The notes under the pieces: generated by a model
The model's database searches: none
Seen by the model: only the letters and a program-made list of their open reading frames with translations
Told to the model about the DNA's origin: nothing
Position numbers and translations under genes: made by a program
Source of the DNA: Lingula anatina
Taxonomy: Eukaryota; Animalia; Brachiopoda
Assembly: GCA_051362555.1 (NCBI GenBank)
Contig: CM120640.1
Coordinates: 67,558,788 to 67,622,787, forward strand
DNA: 64,000 bases
Direction of reading: 5' to 3'
Shown: piece after piece, positions 48,711 through 59,614 of the stretch
How the letters are laid out: each line of letters starts with the position of its first letter
How positions within the stretch are numbered: position 1 is the stretch's first letter

Positions 48711-49685
48711 ATGAAGTTGGAAAAGCTAGACGAAATACAGGATAAACTGTCTGACTCACAAGATAAGCTGCTTCAATCACAGCACAAGCTTGAAAATCTA
48801 ATTGAGGCCCAGTGCAACACGAATAGCTTAGTAGATGCACATAAGAAAATTGATCAAGTCCAGAAAAGACTTCAAGAATTGTCCACCCCACCAACTAATG
48901 TGAACTCAAAAGAGAGGCCCCTCAACTACGCAGAAGCAGTGGCTGCCTGTACATCAAGCCCAATATCAACACCACCAACAACCCCAGGAAAACACGGTGC
49001 CTCCTCATCTGAACCCTCACCATCTCCCTTGACCCCCACCATCGGGCACAGCCATCCAAGGACACCAGTGGCTACACAAGTGACTACTGCCGCTCACCAG
49101 CAGAAACCTTCAGTCCTCATACTAGGAAACTCTCACACTGGTAAACTAGACAGAAACAGACTGGTTCCTAAAGCAAATGTGTCCATTCAAAGAGCTTACA
49201 CCATTAATGAAGCTGCCAACTACCTCACCACACATCACTCTGCTAAAGCTGACTGTCTAGTACTGCATCAAATCACGAATGACATCAAAAATGATAACCC
49301 GTTTAATGTAGCAAACAACATGGTTAGGCTTGCCAGTACACAAGCAACCAAGAACCCACATACCCAAGTTGTGATTTCATTGGGACCACCCCGCGGGGAT
49401 AGCGTTGAACAAAACACCAAAACTGAGATCTGCAATGCTCTTATCAAACAGGAAATCAGCAAAAGTAACACCCCCAACCTACATTTTTGCGACAATTCAA
49501 ACTTTCTCCGTTATGGAAACATTCAAGGCCACCTTTTGGCTGATGATAGATATCACCTGTCTGACCAGGGTACGCGTTTGTTCGCCTCTAACCTCAGATC
49601 CAAAATAGAGACCTCTCTGAACATTCCCAGACGTCTTACCAACAGAGCCAGGAACACTCCACATCGACCTCAGAATAATAAATGA
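48711..49685 (+). CDS. LINE ORF1: coiled coil, Pro/Ser/Thr linker, SGNH-esterase-like domain (probably 5'-incomplete)
   Basis: Heptad-rich N-terminus, YAEAVA, VLILGNSH, ITNDI, DRYHLSDQGTRLFASNL. Confidence 0.78.
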   Translation: MKLEKLDEIQDKLSDSQDKLLQSQHKLENLIEAQCNTNSLVDAHKKIDQVQKRLQELSTPPTNVNSKERPLNYAEAVAACTSSPISTPPTTPGKHGASSSEPSPSPLTPTIGHSHPRTPVATQVTTAAHQQKPSVLILGNSHTGKLDRNRLVPKANVSIQRAYTINEAANYLTTHHSAKADCLVLHQITNDIKNDNPFNVANNMVRLASTQATKNPHTQVVISLGPPRGDSVEQNTKTEICNALIKQEISKSNTPNLHFCDNSNFLRYGNIQGHLLADDRYHLSDQGTRLFASNLRSKIETSLNIPRRLTNRARNTPHRPQNNK

Positions 49686-50289
49686 ACTAACATTATGCAC
49701 ACAGCTAATTGTCTTGAATAATCTCAAGCTGTGATCATGCCTGGTCGTGTTAAAAATATTATTTATTTATTTATTTATGTTATATATTTAGTTTATCTTA
49801 TTTTACTAATTTATTAACCTATCTATTAATATATATATATATATATATATATATTATTTTATTTTTATTTATTTATCTTTTTATTTATTATTATTATTAT
49901 TTTTTTTTTTTTTTCCACCAAAGTATGGTGCTGAATCAATCACTGAGTTTAACATAGCCTGTATGTTTACACATACCTGTGAACACTAAGTATAGTAACA
50001 TGTTTATGTACGTTACATACTAATATTTATGTATGCAAAATTAAGCTACACCTCACCTATTAACTGTTCTGTATATATATATGCTCTCTCTATATATATT
50101 ATGTGTTCCAAGGCTTTCATACTTTTCTTTACTCACGCATTTTTTTTTATTTTTTTTTATTTATTTTTTTTTTATTATTATTTTTTTTTTTATAAGCTCA
50201 TACAGTATTTATGTTGTTAGCTGGTGAAATATAGTATATTTATATATAGCCCTTTGTATTCTCCGATCCCCATCTCCATCATATTGTAA

Positions 50290-50667
50290 ATGCCATCCTT
50301 CAGTCAGTCGAATCTGCGTATCGGTTCATGGAATATTGATGGTCTACACAAAAGAATTGCTAATGAAAGAACCTCCAAGTTTGATTTTGAGGAGTGTTAC
50401 TCTTTACTCCAGTCAGTCGATATTTTTTGCCTGTCAGAGACTCATTGCGAAAATACTGACAATCTACTTTTTGCAGGATATCACATCGAGTGCAATCTTA
50501 GGCCCAGGTCCCCCAAGTCCCCAAAAGCATCAGGGGGTCTAGCTGTTGGCATTAAAAATGAACTTCTACAAGGAGTAACCTTCCTCAAGATCACCTGCTC
50601 TGAATTTATGTGGTTCAAACTTTGTAAACATTTCTTTGGTTTAGAACAAGATCTGTATATATGTAAT
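50290..50667 (+). pseudogene. LINE ORF2 5' part (AP endonuclease N-terminus)
   Basis: IGSWNIDGL, DIFCLSETH, SGGLAVGIK, ...DLYICN; continues in frame as VYISP at 55465. Confidence 0.9.
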
Positions 50668-50943
50668 TTCTATTTCGTATAAAAATATCGGTCAGTCTTA
50701 AATGAGATATGCTTGCGCATGCGTACTCAGTTAGCTTGTGACATGCGGCTGGGTAGTCAGCCTGAAAATAGATGCGATCTATTTCTATCAGAATTATAAT
50801 CTAAAACAAACGTAGTTTGTTTGCTTAAGTTGGAAACATTTTTGCAACGGAGTTGCAATCTTTTATGCGGCATATATATTGATCTGTAACGTAGTTACAC
50901 ATTGTAGGCTACGAATCATTTGTGTGCCAAACTTAATTTCAAT

Positions 50944-52059
50944 ATGGCGGCCGAAAGCACGTGTAGTGCTGTTTTACCGGGCCTTTCAAAACCCGCAATA
51001 GATACATGTAAGAATAGCGAGGACGTTAAAGCAAAGAAAGTAAGAACTAGAACAGGAAAGGGGAAACTAGACGACAAAGCAAAATCTAGTCATAACAGTG
51101 ATGAATATTTAACTATAATGAAAAATATACAAGAAACTGTGCAGAGACAGGAAACGAGCATTAACAGCGTCGTGGGACGCATAGATACTTTAGAGAAACA
51201 GTACCTGTATCACGATGAATATTGTGAGGAGAATTATGACTTTGATGAACAGTATGATGAAAGATTGGAGGATGAAACATGCCCGGAGGCAGGTACTAGT
51301 AGCACAAACAGATTTGATGATATGACGAAGAGATATAAATTAATAGAGTATACAGACGTGGAAGTTGACAGTGTGTTGGCGAGTAGTGTCAATGATTTGT
51401 TCACCAATGGGATAGTAGATCATTCAAAGTATACAGAACTTACCAAAGATGAAAATAACTCACGGCCAAAAAACTGTGAAAGTTTGGTGATAGTCAAAAC
51501 CAATAAAATGGTATGGAACATTATTCCTCAATATGCCAAAACAAATGATAAGAAGTTACAGGATGTTCAAATGTCAGTTGTAAAAGCAGCTACGTTGATG
51601 ACTAAAGGAATAGACAAACTGGCTAAGTTAGAAACAGGAAATGACACGAGTGAAGGGCTTGGAAAACTCATTGATATGTTCAATGACAGTATTGCTTTGC
51701 TTGGTCATGCCAATACACAGATTAACTGTTTTAGAAAGGATTTGTTAAAACCAAACCTCAAGCCAGAGTACAAACCTTTGTGCAATCATAACATTCCGTG
51801 CACAACTTTTCTCTTTGGAGATGATATTACCAAATCTGCAAGGGAAGTGGAAGATTCTGCGAAAATGAGTTATAAAATGATGCAGAGTAGAATGGGCTTG
51901 GATTATAGAAACCGCCCATACCAAAGGGGCCCACGATTCAGGGGACGAATGAGAGGAAGGTACAATCGTGGCCGAGGAAGTTCTTCCCAGAGGGGTGCAC
52001 ATGCAGATTCAAAAAACTTCTCATGGCAAAGCAGCCAGTGGGATCAGAACAGATACTAG
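50944..52059 (+). CDS. DIRS gag-like protein
   Basis: RPKNCESL....N..VW, DKKLQDVQ, DSIALLGHAN..IN..RKDLLKP.L...YKPLC, FLFGDD and an RG-rich C-terminus. First ATG at 50944. Confidence 0.85.
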   Translation: MAAESTCSAVLPGLSKPAIDTCKNSEDVKAKKVRTRTGKGKLDDKAKSSHNSDEYLTIMKNIQETVQRQETSINSVVGRIDTLEKQYLYHDEYCEENYDFDEQYDERLEDETCPEAGTSSTNRFDDMTKRYKLIEYTDVEVDSVLASSVNDLFTNGIVDHSKYTELTKDENNSRPKNCESLVIVKTNKMVWNIIPQYAKTNDKKLQDVQMSVVKAATLMTKGIDKLAKLETGNDTSEGLGKLIDMFNDSIALLGHANTQINCFRKDLLKPNLKPEYKPLCNHNIPCTTFLFGDDITKSAREVEDSAKMSYKMMQSRMGLDYRNRPYQRGPRFRGRMRGRYNRGRGSSSQRGAHADSKNFSWQSSQWDQNRY

Positions 52060-54113
52060 AGGTGAGACATAAATTTCAAGCTGGTAGATTGCATTTGTTT
52101 GTAGATGAATGGAGAAAATTGACCAGTGACCCATATATCTTGGATATAGTACAAAATTGTCATATAAATGTTGATACCAACATTGGATTTCAAAACTTAA
52201 ATGATATGGTGAAATATAGGTTTAACACAGAAGAAACAATTATAATCAGGAAAGAAATTTCTAAACTACTTGATCTTGGTGTTATTAAGAAAGTTCAAAG
52301 TGTACCGGGGCAGTTTTTATCTCCTATTTTTGTACGCCCTAAAAAGAATGGAGAATACAGAATGATATTAAATCTTAAGAAGCTGAATCAACACATTCCC
52401 TATGAACATTTTAAAATGGATACTTTTGAAAAGGCATTGACCTTAGTGACAAAAGGATGCTTCCTAGCATCAATTGATATAAAGCATGCATATTATAGTG
52501 TGAAAATAGCAGAAGAACAGCAAATTCTTTTTCGTTTTGTTTGGGAAGGAAATATCTATCAATACACATGCCTTGCAAATGGCGTTTCTGAAGGGCCCAA
52601 AATATTTACGAAATTATTAAAGCCTGTATATGCAAAATTGAGAAGTCTTGGCCATTCTAGTTCAGGATTTATTGATGACAGTTTATTGTGTTCAGATAAT
52701 TACCTTGAATGTGTTGAAAATATAAGATGCACAAAACATCTAATGGAAACACTTGGTTTTATAATCAATGCAGAAAAGTCTGTCCTTATTCCCCAACAAT
52801 CATTGTTGTTTTTGGGAAATATAATTGATTCTGAAAGTATGACGGTGACTTTACCTAAAGATAAAATGGATCACATTGTACAGCAGTGTAAAATGCTTAT
52901 CATTAAAACAGAAGCAAAAGTAAGACTAGTAGCTAAAGTGATTGGAATTATAGTTTCAACATTCTCAGCTGTTGAATATGGTAAACTCCATTATAGAGAA
53001 CTTGAAAAGCAGAAGATAAGTGCTTTAAAAAGCAACAATGGAAATTATGATGCTATGATGCACATTACAATTAGTATGAAGCAAGAATTACAATGGTGGA
53101 TGGAAAATGTCCATTTGCAAAGAAGGAAAATTGACAAAGGAAATGTTGACATTATATTGTATACTGATGCATCCAAATTAGGCTGGGGTGCTCATTTGGA
53201 GGGTCAAAAAATTGGTGGTAGATGGTTTCCAGAAGAAGCTAACCTTCATATAAATGCTTTAGAGTTACTAGCAATATTATATGCATTGCAGTCTTTTACA
53301 TTTAGATTTGAAAATAAACATGTAAAGATCATGAGTGATAATATTACAGCATGTGACTATATTCAGAATATGGGTGGAATTAAATCTTATGATTGCAATA
53401 ACATAGCAAAAAAGATTTGGCATTGGTGTATCGAGAAAAATGTTTGGCTCACCTGTGTCCATGTGCCAGGGAAAGATAATGTAGATGCTGATGATGCTTC
53501 TAGGAAGTTTAATGAACGTTTAGAATGGAAGTTGAATGAGAATGTATTTCAAAAGATATGTGAAAAATTTGGAAATCCATTTATTGATCTTTTTGCCTCT
53601 AGATTAAATGCGCAAGTTGAAAGATATTGTTCATGGCAGGCAGACCCCTTTGCTTGGGGTATTAATGCATTTACTTATGATTGGGGAACACTGAATTATG
53701 TTTATCTGTTTCCACCTTTCAGTTTGCTGGGTCATTGTATCCAGAAGATTCGCAAAGACAAAGCCAGGGGTATTATAGTGGCTCCTGTATGGCCAACACA
53801 GATATGGTTTGCAAAGTTGATGGAATTACTTGTGGAAAACCCAATAGTCATTCAAAAGAAAAAAGGTCTGCTAACTTTACCAGGGAACAAGCTCCCAGTG
53901 GAACATCCTCTTATGGACAAGTTGAAACTCATTGTATGCAAAGTATCAGGGAACAGTTTAGAGAACGAGGCCTTTCTGAGCAATCAACCCACATACTTAT
54001 GTCATCTTGGCGTACAGGGACAAAGAAACAATACAACGTGTTCATTAAACGCTGGTTCAAATACTGTGGTGAAAGGAAAATTAATTCAATTTCACCACAT
54101 GTGGAAGAGGTGA
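52023..54113 (+). CDS. DIRS pol: reverse transcriptase, RNase H, Dam-like methyltransferase domain
   Basis: AGRL..F..EW, SPIFVRPKKNG.YRMILNLK.LN, IDIKHAY, FIDD, YTDASKLGWG, HINALELLA, SDN, HVPGKDN..AD..SR, IDLFASRLN, YLFPPF, APVWPTQIWF. Confidence 0.93.
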   Translation: MAKQPVGSEQILEVRHKFQAGRLHLFVDEWRKLTSDPYILDIVQNCHINVDTNIGFQNLNDMVKYRFNTEETIIIRKEISKLLDLGVIKKVQSVPGQFLSPIFVRPKKNGEYRMILNLKKLNQHIPYEHFKMDTFEKALTLVTKGCFLASIDIKHAYYSVKIAEEQQILFRFVWEGNIYQYTCLANGVSEGPKIFTKLLKPVYAKLRSLGHSSSGFIDDSLLCSDNYLECVENIRCTKHLMETLGFIINAEKSVLIPQQSLLFLGNIIDSESMTVTLPKDKMDHIVQQCKMLIIKTEAKVRLVAKVIGIIVSTFSAVEYGKLHYRELEKQKISALKSNNGNYDAMMHITISMKQELQWWMENVHLQRRKIDKGNVDIILYTDASKLGWGAHLEGQKIGGRWFPEEANLHINALELLAILYALQSFTFRFENKHVKIMSDNITACDYIQNMGGIKSYDCNNIAKKIWHWCIEKNVWLTCVHVPGKDNVDADDASRKFNERLEWKLNENVFQKICEKFGNPFIDLFASRLNAQVERYCSWQADPFAWGINAFTYDWGTLNYVYLFPPFSLLGHCIQKIRKDKARGIIVAPVWPTQIWFAKLMELLVENPIVIQKKKGLLTLPGNKLPVEHPLMDKLKLIVCKVSGNSLENEAFLSNQPTYLCHLGVQGQRNNTTCSLNAGSNTVVKGKLIQFHHMWKR

Positions 54114-54919
54114 TAGAATTTCTTACAAAACAGTTTAATGATGGCTTAGCTTATGACAGTTTAAATACAGCAAGAGGTGCTATTTCATCAATGGGTATTC
54201 AAATTGATGGAGTTTCAGCAGGGAGTCATCCATTGGTGATAAGATATATGAAAGGCATTTATAATTTGAGGCCACCAAGACAACGTTATGCTCAAATTTG
54301 GGATGTTAATAAAGTTCTGGTTTTCTTAAGGAAACTTTCACCAGTAAAGCACTTGACTTTGAAGGATCTGACTTTAAAACTTACAATGCTCATGGCATTA
54401 ATTAATGCCACACGTGTACAAACATTGCATTTAATTTCTGTAGTTGATATGAAAAAGTTGAGTTCAGAGTTTGTGTTTCAGTTATGTGGTTTACTGAAGT
54501 AAAGTAGACCAGGTTGTAATTCATCACATATTGTGTTTAAAGCTTACCCTCCAGATAGGAGGTTGTGTGTTTATACTGTTTTAAAAGAGTATATAGCTCG
54601 TACAAAGACATTGCGTAGGCATAATGTTGATAAAAATTTGCTTATAAGTTATATGAAACCTTATAAACCTGTTCAAAGAGATACTATTTCTAGATGGATC
54701 AAAGTTGTAATGACAAAATCGGGAATAGACACTACTTTATTTGGTGCTCACAGTGTGAGAGCTGCTGCTGTTTCAAAGGCAAAAATGAATTCTGTGCCAG
54801 TGACAGATATTTTGAACAAAGCTGGTTGGAGTACTGAAAAAACATTTGCAAAATTCTATGAGAAACAAATCGAGGATAAAGCTACCACATTTGAATATGG
54901 AGTTTTAAAAAGGAAGTAA
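53681..54919 (+). pseudogene. DIRS tyrosine recombinase with a single in-frame stop (54500-54502)
   Basis: SWRTGTKKQY, HPLVIRYMKG...RP, WDVNKVL, LTLKL.MLMAL..ATRVQ, LLK*SRPG, TISRWIK, HSVRAA, AGWS...TFAKFY. ORFs 53681 and 54533 share a frame. The true start is probably downstream of 53681. Confidence 0.9.
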
Positions 54920-55072
54920 TGAGCACATTCATATACTAGTATATACTGGCATGTATAGGTTTACATGAGTATCTGTTGATGATTTGTTGAAACTGTTCTA
55001 AACGATATTTTAAGCTGAAATAAAGGCCATTGAATACTGGTTTATTGATGTTTGTCACATTTTACTTTAAAG

Positions 55073-55196
55073 TCTCATTTAAGACTGACCGATATTTTTA
55101 TACGAAATAGAATTTAAAATTAAACGAGACTTACCTTGGTTAAGTCGATGTTTGATTGTAATTCTGTGAGTGTAAAAATGAGGGAGGGCTTAAATG
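55073..55196. repeat. DIRS internal complementary region (ICR)
   Basis: 55073-55112 is the reverse complement of the left end (50668-50707). 55113-55196 is the reverse complement of the right end (55381-55464). Confidence 0.92.
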
Positions 55197-55464
55197 CCAC
55201 CCTCCCCACCCAGCTTACTCAGTAATATAATTCCAATGTAATCAGCTCACAGATATAAATATATATATATATATTTCATAATACTACTAATAGATAAATA
55301 AATAAAAATGTTCTTTAAAAAAAAAAAAAATGTGAAAACATCAAGCTTTAAAGGCTGAGTACGCATGCGCAAGCATATCTCATTTAAGCCCTCCCTCATT
55401 TTTACACTCACAGAATTACAATCAAACATCGACTTAACCAAGGTAAGTCTCGTTTAATTTTAAA

Positions 55465-58400
55465 GTTTATATTAGCCCTGTAGGTACAAACTTTAGCTCT
55501 ACTAGAGAGGATATTTTTTCACTTATTGAAACTGATATTGTTAAACTGTCTTCCTTAGGTAGTTGTGTTATACTAGGAGATTTTAATGCGAAAACTGGCA
55601 CTGAACCGGACTATATAGTGCATGATAACAGTGACTTGCACATTAATGTGGGCTCAGATTATATCTCAGACTCAGCTTTAACTAGAAAAAATCTCGATCA
55701 GCACAAAATTGATGCTCATGGTAAGAGTCTATTAGAATTATGTCAAAGCAGTGGTCTTAGAATTGCAAATGGAAGAGTCCTAGGTGACTCTCAAGGTAAT
55801 TTTACCTGTTTCAGCCATAGGGGAAGCCCAAGTGTGATTGATTATCTACTGTGTAATAGTTCTATATTGTGTAACCTGGAATATTTCAGGGTACACTCTC
55901 TAACTCCACTGTCCATCCACTGCATGATTTCCTGCTCACTAAAAACTGGTATGTGCCACTACCCCGACCACAGTCTGCCACAAGACCAAACACATGACCT
56001 CCCCAGCAACTATCAATGGTCAAATATCATAAAACAAATTTGGTCAGCCTCACTAGAAACTCCAGATAGCCAGACAGAAATAAATAAATTCATATCTTCA
56101 TATTCACTTAATAAGGACATGGACATTGACCAACTCACCAACAACTTCTATACACTCCTTACTAATCTGGCCTCTAAAGCAGGTTTCACTAAAAAGAACA
56201 ATAATAAGAAAGCTAAAAAACGTAAAATGAATAAAAAATGGTTTGACACCAACTGCAAGGAAGTATCCAAATCACTCAAATCTCTAAGTAGACAAATTCG
56301 AAAAAATCCCCAAAATCAACACCTCATACAAGAATACAATAGGCAAAAAAAACAATACTCAAAACTACTAAATAAAAAAAGAAACGACTTTCGTAACCAC
56401 ATTTTCCACAAAATTGAAACCCTCGAGAATTCTGACCCCAAAACATTTTGGAACCTCTATGACCAGCTATGTGAGAATGAAAAAAAAAAAAAGTAACTGT
56501 AACCCTATACCACCCCACTTATGGTGGGAACATTTTAATAATCTCATGAATAGAAGTCTACAACATGAGGACCCCAAATTTGAATCCCTAATTAATGAAT
56601 TCTTTAATGGTATTAAAAACGGTACTTTCAATGAACTTGACTACCGACTTACTGTAAATGAAATAAAAAAGGCTTCTACAAAACTTAAGAATAATAAATC
56701 CTCTGGCCCAGATGGCATACCTAATGAAATGATCAAAGAGGGTATTCACAGACTGGCAGCCCCCCTGTGTATTCTCTTCAACCACATTCTCACAAATGGA
56801 ACATTCCCTACACTTTGGAGAACAAGCTTTCTAACAGTTATACACAAAAAGGGTGACAAAACAGATCCAAATAACTATAGAGGAATTGCTGTCACTAGCA
56901 ATATCTGTAAACTATTCTGTCTAATCCTGAACAACAGACTCACAACATATGTAGAAAAACACAACATCATACCCCCAAATCAAATTGGTTTTAAAAAAGG
57001 AAGCCGCACCAGTGACCATATTTTAGTATTAAAAACCCTCATAGATAAATATGTTAAAAGGGCCTCTAAATCCAACCTCTTTGTTTGCTTTGTTGACTTT
57101 TCCTCTGCTTTCGATACCGTGTGGCGAAACGCCCTGTTCTACAAACTGACAAGGGCAGGCATCAATGGGAACTTTCTAAGAACCCTTCGTAATATGTACT
57201 CATCTGTGCGTTTTGCCGTCAAATGCAGAAATAGCATAACAAATAGTCTCTCGTCCTCTGTTGGTGTTAAGCAAGGCTGTAATCTCAGTCCACTCCTCTT
57301 TAATCTCTTCATAAGTGACCTGCCCTCAATTTTTAACGACAGATGTGACCCAGTGTCTCTGAATAATCAAAAATTAAATTGCCTATTATATGCAGACGAT
57401 CTAGTAATTATGTCGGAAAGCAGTGCAGGTTTACAAACTGCAATAAATCAACTTCAGGCCTACTGCAAAAAATGGAAGCTACTAGTGAACATCACTAAAA
57501 CAAAAGTCATGATATTCAATAAATCTGGCCACAAAATCCAGAAACAAATTTTCAAGTTTGGCGATATACCTCTAGAAATCTGTAGTGAATACTGCTATTT
57601 AGGACTTGTCTTTACTCCATCCGGAAGTTTCACCAAATCCCTTGAAATACTCAAATCAAAAGGGGGGAAAGCATTTTTCAAAATCCGCAATAAATTATTC
57701 ACCAGCCCAGTGCCCATTTCCATGAAACTTTTTGACTCACTCATAGCTCCCATTCTTACCTATGGCTCTGAAGTTTGGGCACCATACTTTGTCAAAAACT
57801 CAAGTAAAGACAGCTACTTCCTAATTTGTGACAAACTTTCCATTGAAACCTTACATCTCAAGGCCTGCAAAACTATCCTAGGTGTTAACCGAAAATCTCC
57901 CTCACATGCTGTCCGCGGAGAACTGGGCAGCTTCCCAATACTGACCACTGCCTACACACTGGCCCTCAAATACTGGCACAGCCTCCAATATAAAAAGCAC
58001 CATGACACCACCTCCTTAGTTACTCATGCACTCCACGAAAATGAAAATTTAAACAGACTTAACACCTCAACCTGGTCAACCGGCATTAAAAATACACTGG
58101 CGCTCATTGGACGCCCTGACATTTGGGAGGACCCTTTTAAAATATCCATGACCGCACTCTCTTCCATAATAAAACCGCTTATCCAAATCTCTTATAGTTC
58201 GGCCTTTAAATCTCACCTAGCATCCCTGAACACGGAGGGTAAAAAATTACGTACCTACAGTACCTTCAAAAAAGATTTTAAAAGAGAAATATACACACAG
58301 TTAATCCACAAACCCAAATCTACATTCCTTTGCAAATTCAGGATAAGTGCCCACAATTTGGCAATTGAAAAGGGGAGACACATGAATCCTAAAATACCCA

Positions 58401-58675
58401 TAGAGAAAAGGCTATGCACGGTGTGCAACATGGGGTCAGTTGAGGATGAGTTCCATTTTATGATGATATGCCCCTCTTATGCTCCACTAAGAGCCATATT
58501 CCTTAACCAGGTTAAAGATATACTGGGCAGTGCAGCCCCTGAGTCCATCAGTGACCTTTTTATTACTGTACTGCAATGTAATGATTTTGATATTGCAAAA
58601 TGCACAACTAATTTTCTTTATGATTGTTTTAAAGCTAGGGATATGAAAATTGCATCCATGCTGAATAAAACCTAG
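55465..58675 (+). pseudogene. LINE ORF2 3' part (rest of endonuclease, RT, C-terminal Cys/His motif); frameshift at an A13 run
   Basis: ILGDFNAKTG, SVIDY, KSSGPDGI, NYRGIAV, FVDFSSAFDTV, GVKQGCNLSPLLFNLFI, LLYADDLV, YLG, RISAHNLAIEKGR...CTVC...EDEFHF...C. The frame changes at 56480-56492. Confidence 0.92.
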
Positions 58676-59614
58676 ATTAACTGATGATGCAGTTTTCATA
58701 TCCCCCCAAATAATAGTTAGTTTAATCAAGGAGTTATAACAGAAGGAGATTACACGCAAGCCTTTCTATTGTCCGATGTCTGTTACGGTGGGCGGAGCTA
58801 GCTACGGGGGGCCTCCGGTCTCAAGGTTTCGTCTGCGTCGCTCTCCTCAGCTTGGAGATAAATTTCATATGCGTTATTTCGCGTTAGAATTCGAGATCAG
58901 TAATGTCAAAGCGCCGCTGTATGCTGACGATTTTTTTCACAGGTAATTATTTGGACGATGTGCTGGAAGGGAACGATATCATAGAAAGCGATTATAAGGT
59001 GGTGACTGAGGATGGTCGCCATGACCTTTTTTTAGTCGGTGATAGATGGCTTTTTTATGGCACAACCTGGTGAAAAATCACCAAGGAGAAGTCAAAAGAA
59101 AACGTCCCAACTGTGGTTTGTGAAAATGACGTTCAAGTGAACGTCTGTCCTCACTGCCAAAGGACATAATATTAATACATTAACGTTTGGACCCTCCTGC
59201 CCTTGGGTCCCATAAACATATACATTGTGACAGTGCCTACGCTTTGTGTCTGGTTTTAAATTTCTTAAAGTATTTTTTCTCTCACTCGGTATAATTTTAA
59301 TATTATAATGCATTTAATTAAAATTTTAATCCAAGGTTGAGGCAATGCCACGACACGTCAGTTTACTGAATACTCGTTATAAATTTCTTTATCTTGGAAA
59401 TTTCCCTTTTTTTCAGGATTATTTGACACGTACTAACACTGTTCATATTTGTCGGTAAACAAGTGCACAGTGCTATACATTAAGAATAATTTTTATTCAT
59501 TCATAAATATATTTATGTACAAATTAAATATATCAGAAATTTTAGTATTCACTGAGCTCTTTAAAGTGAAACAAATAAAGATGAGAATATTGAATTTCAA
59601 ACTATTATTTACTA

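Larger units (their letters stand above)
50668..55464 (+). mobile_element. DIRS1-like tyrosine-recombinase retrotransposon, full length (4797 bp)
   Basis: gag, RT/RNase H/methyltransferase and YR ORFs; short ITRs (about 50698-50730 and 55355-55388); ICR complementary to both ends; no TSD. Removal restores LINE ORF2. Confidence 0.95.
48640..58726 (+). mobile_element. Non-LTR retrotransposon (RTE-X-like LINE) interrupted by DIRS; 3' region abuts P-like copy 2
   Basis: ORF1 (coiled coil plus SGNH esterase-like), AT-rich spacer, ORF2 APE-RT-CCHC. The 5' boundary is approximate. Confidence 0.8.

Noticed and set aside
52023-54919. RT plus adenine methyltransferase plus tyrosine recombinase as a prokaryotic retron, phage or defence cassette
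   Set aside because: This is the standard DIRS1 domain set, with gag, ITRs and ICR, inserted in a eukaryotic LINE.
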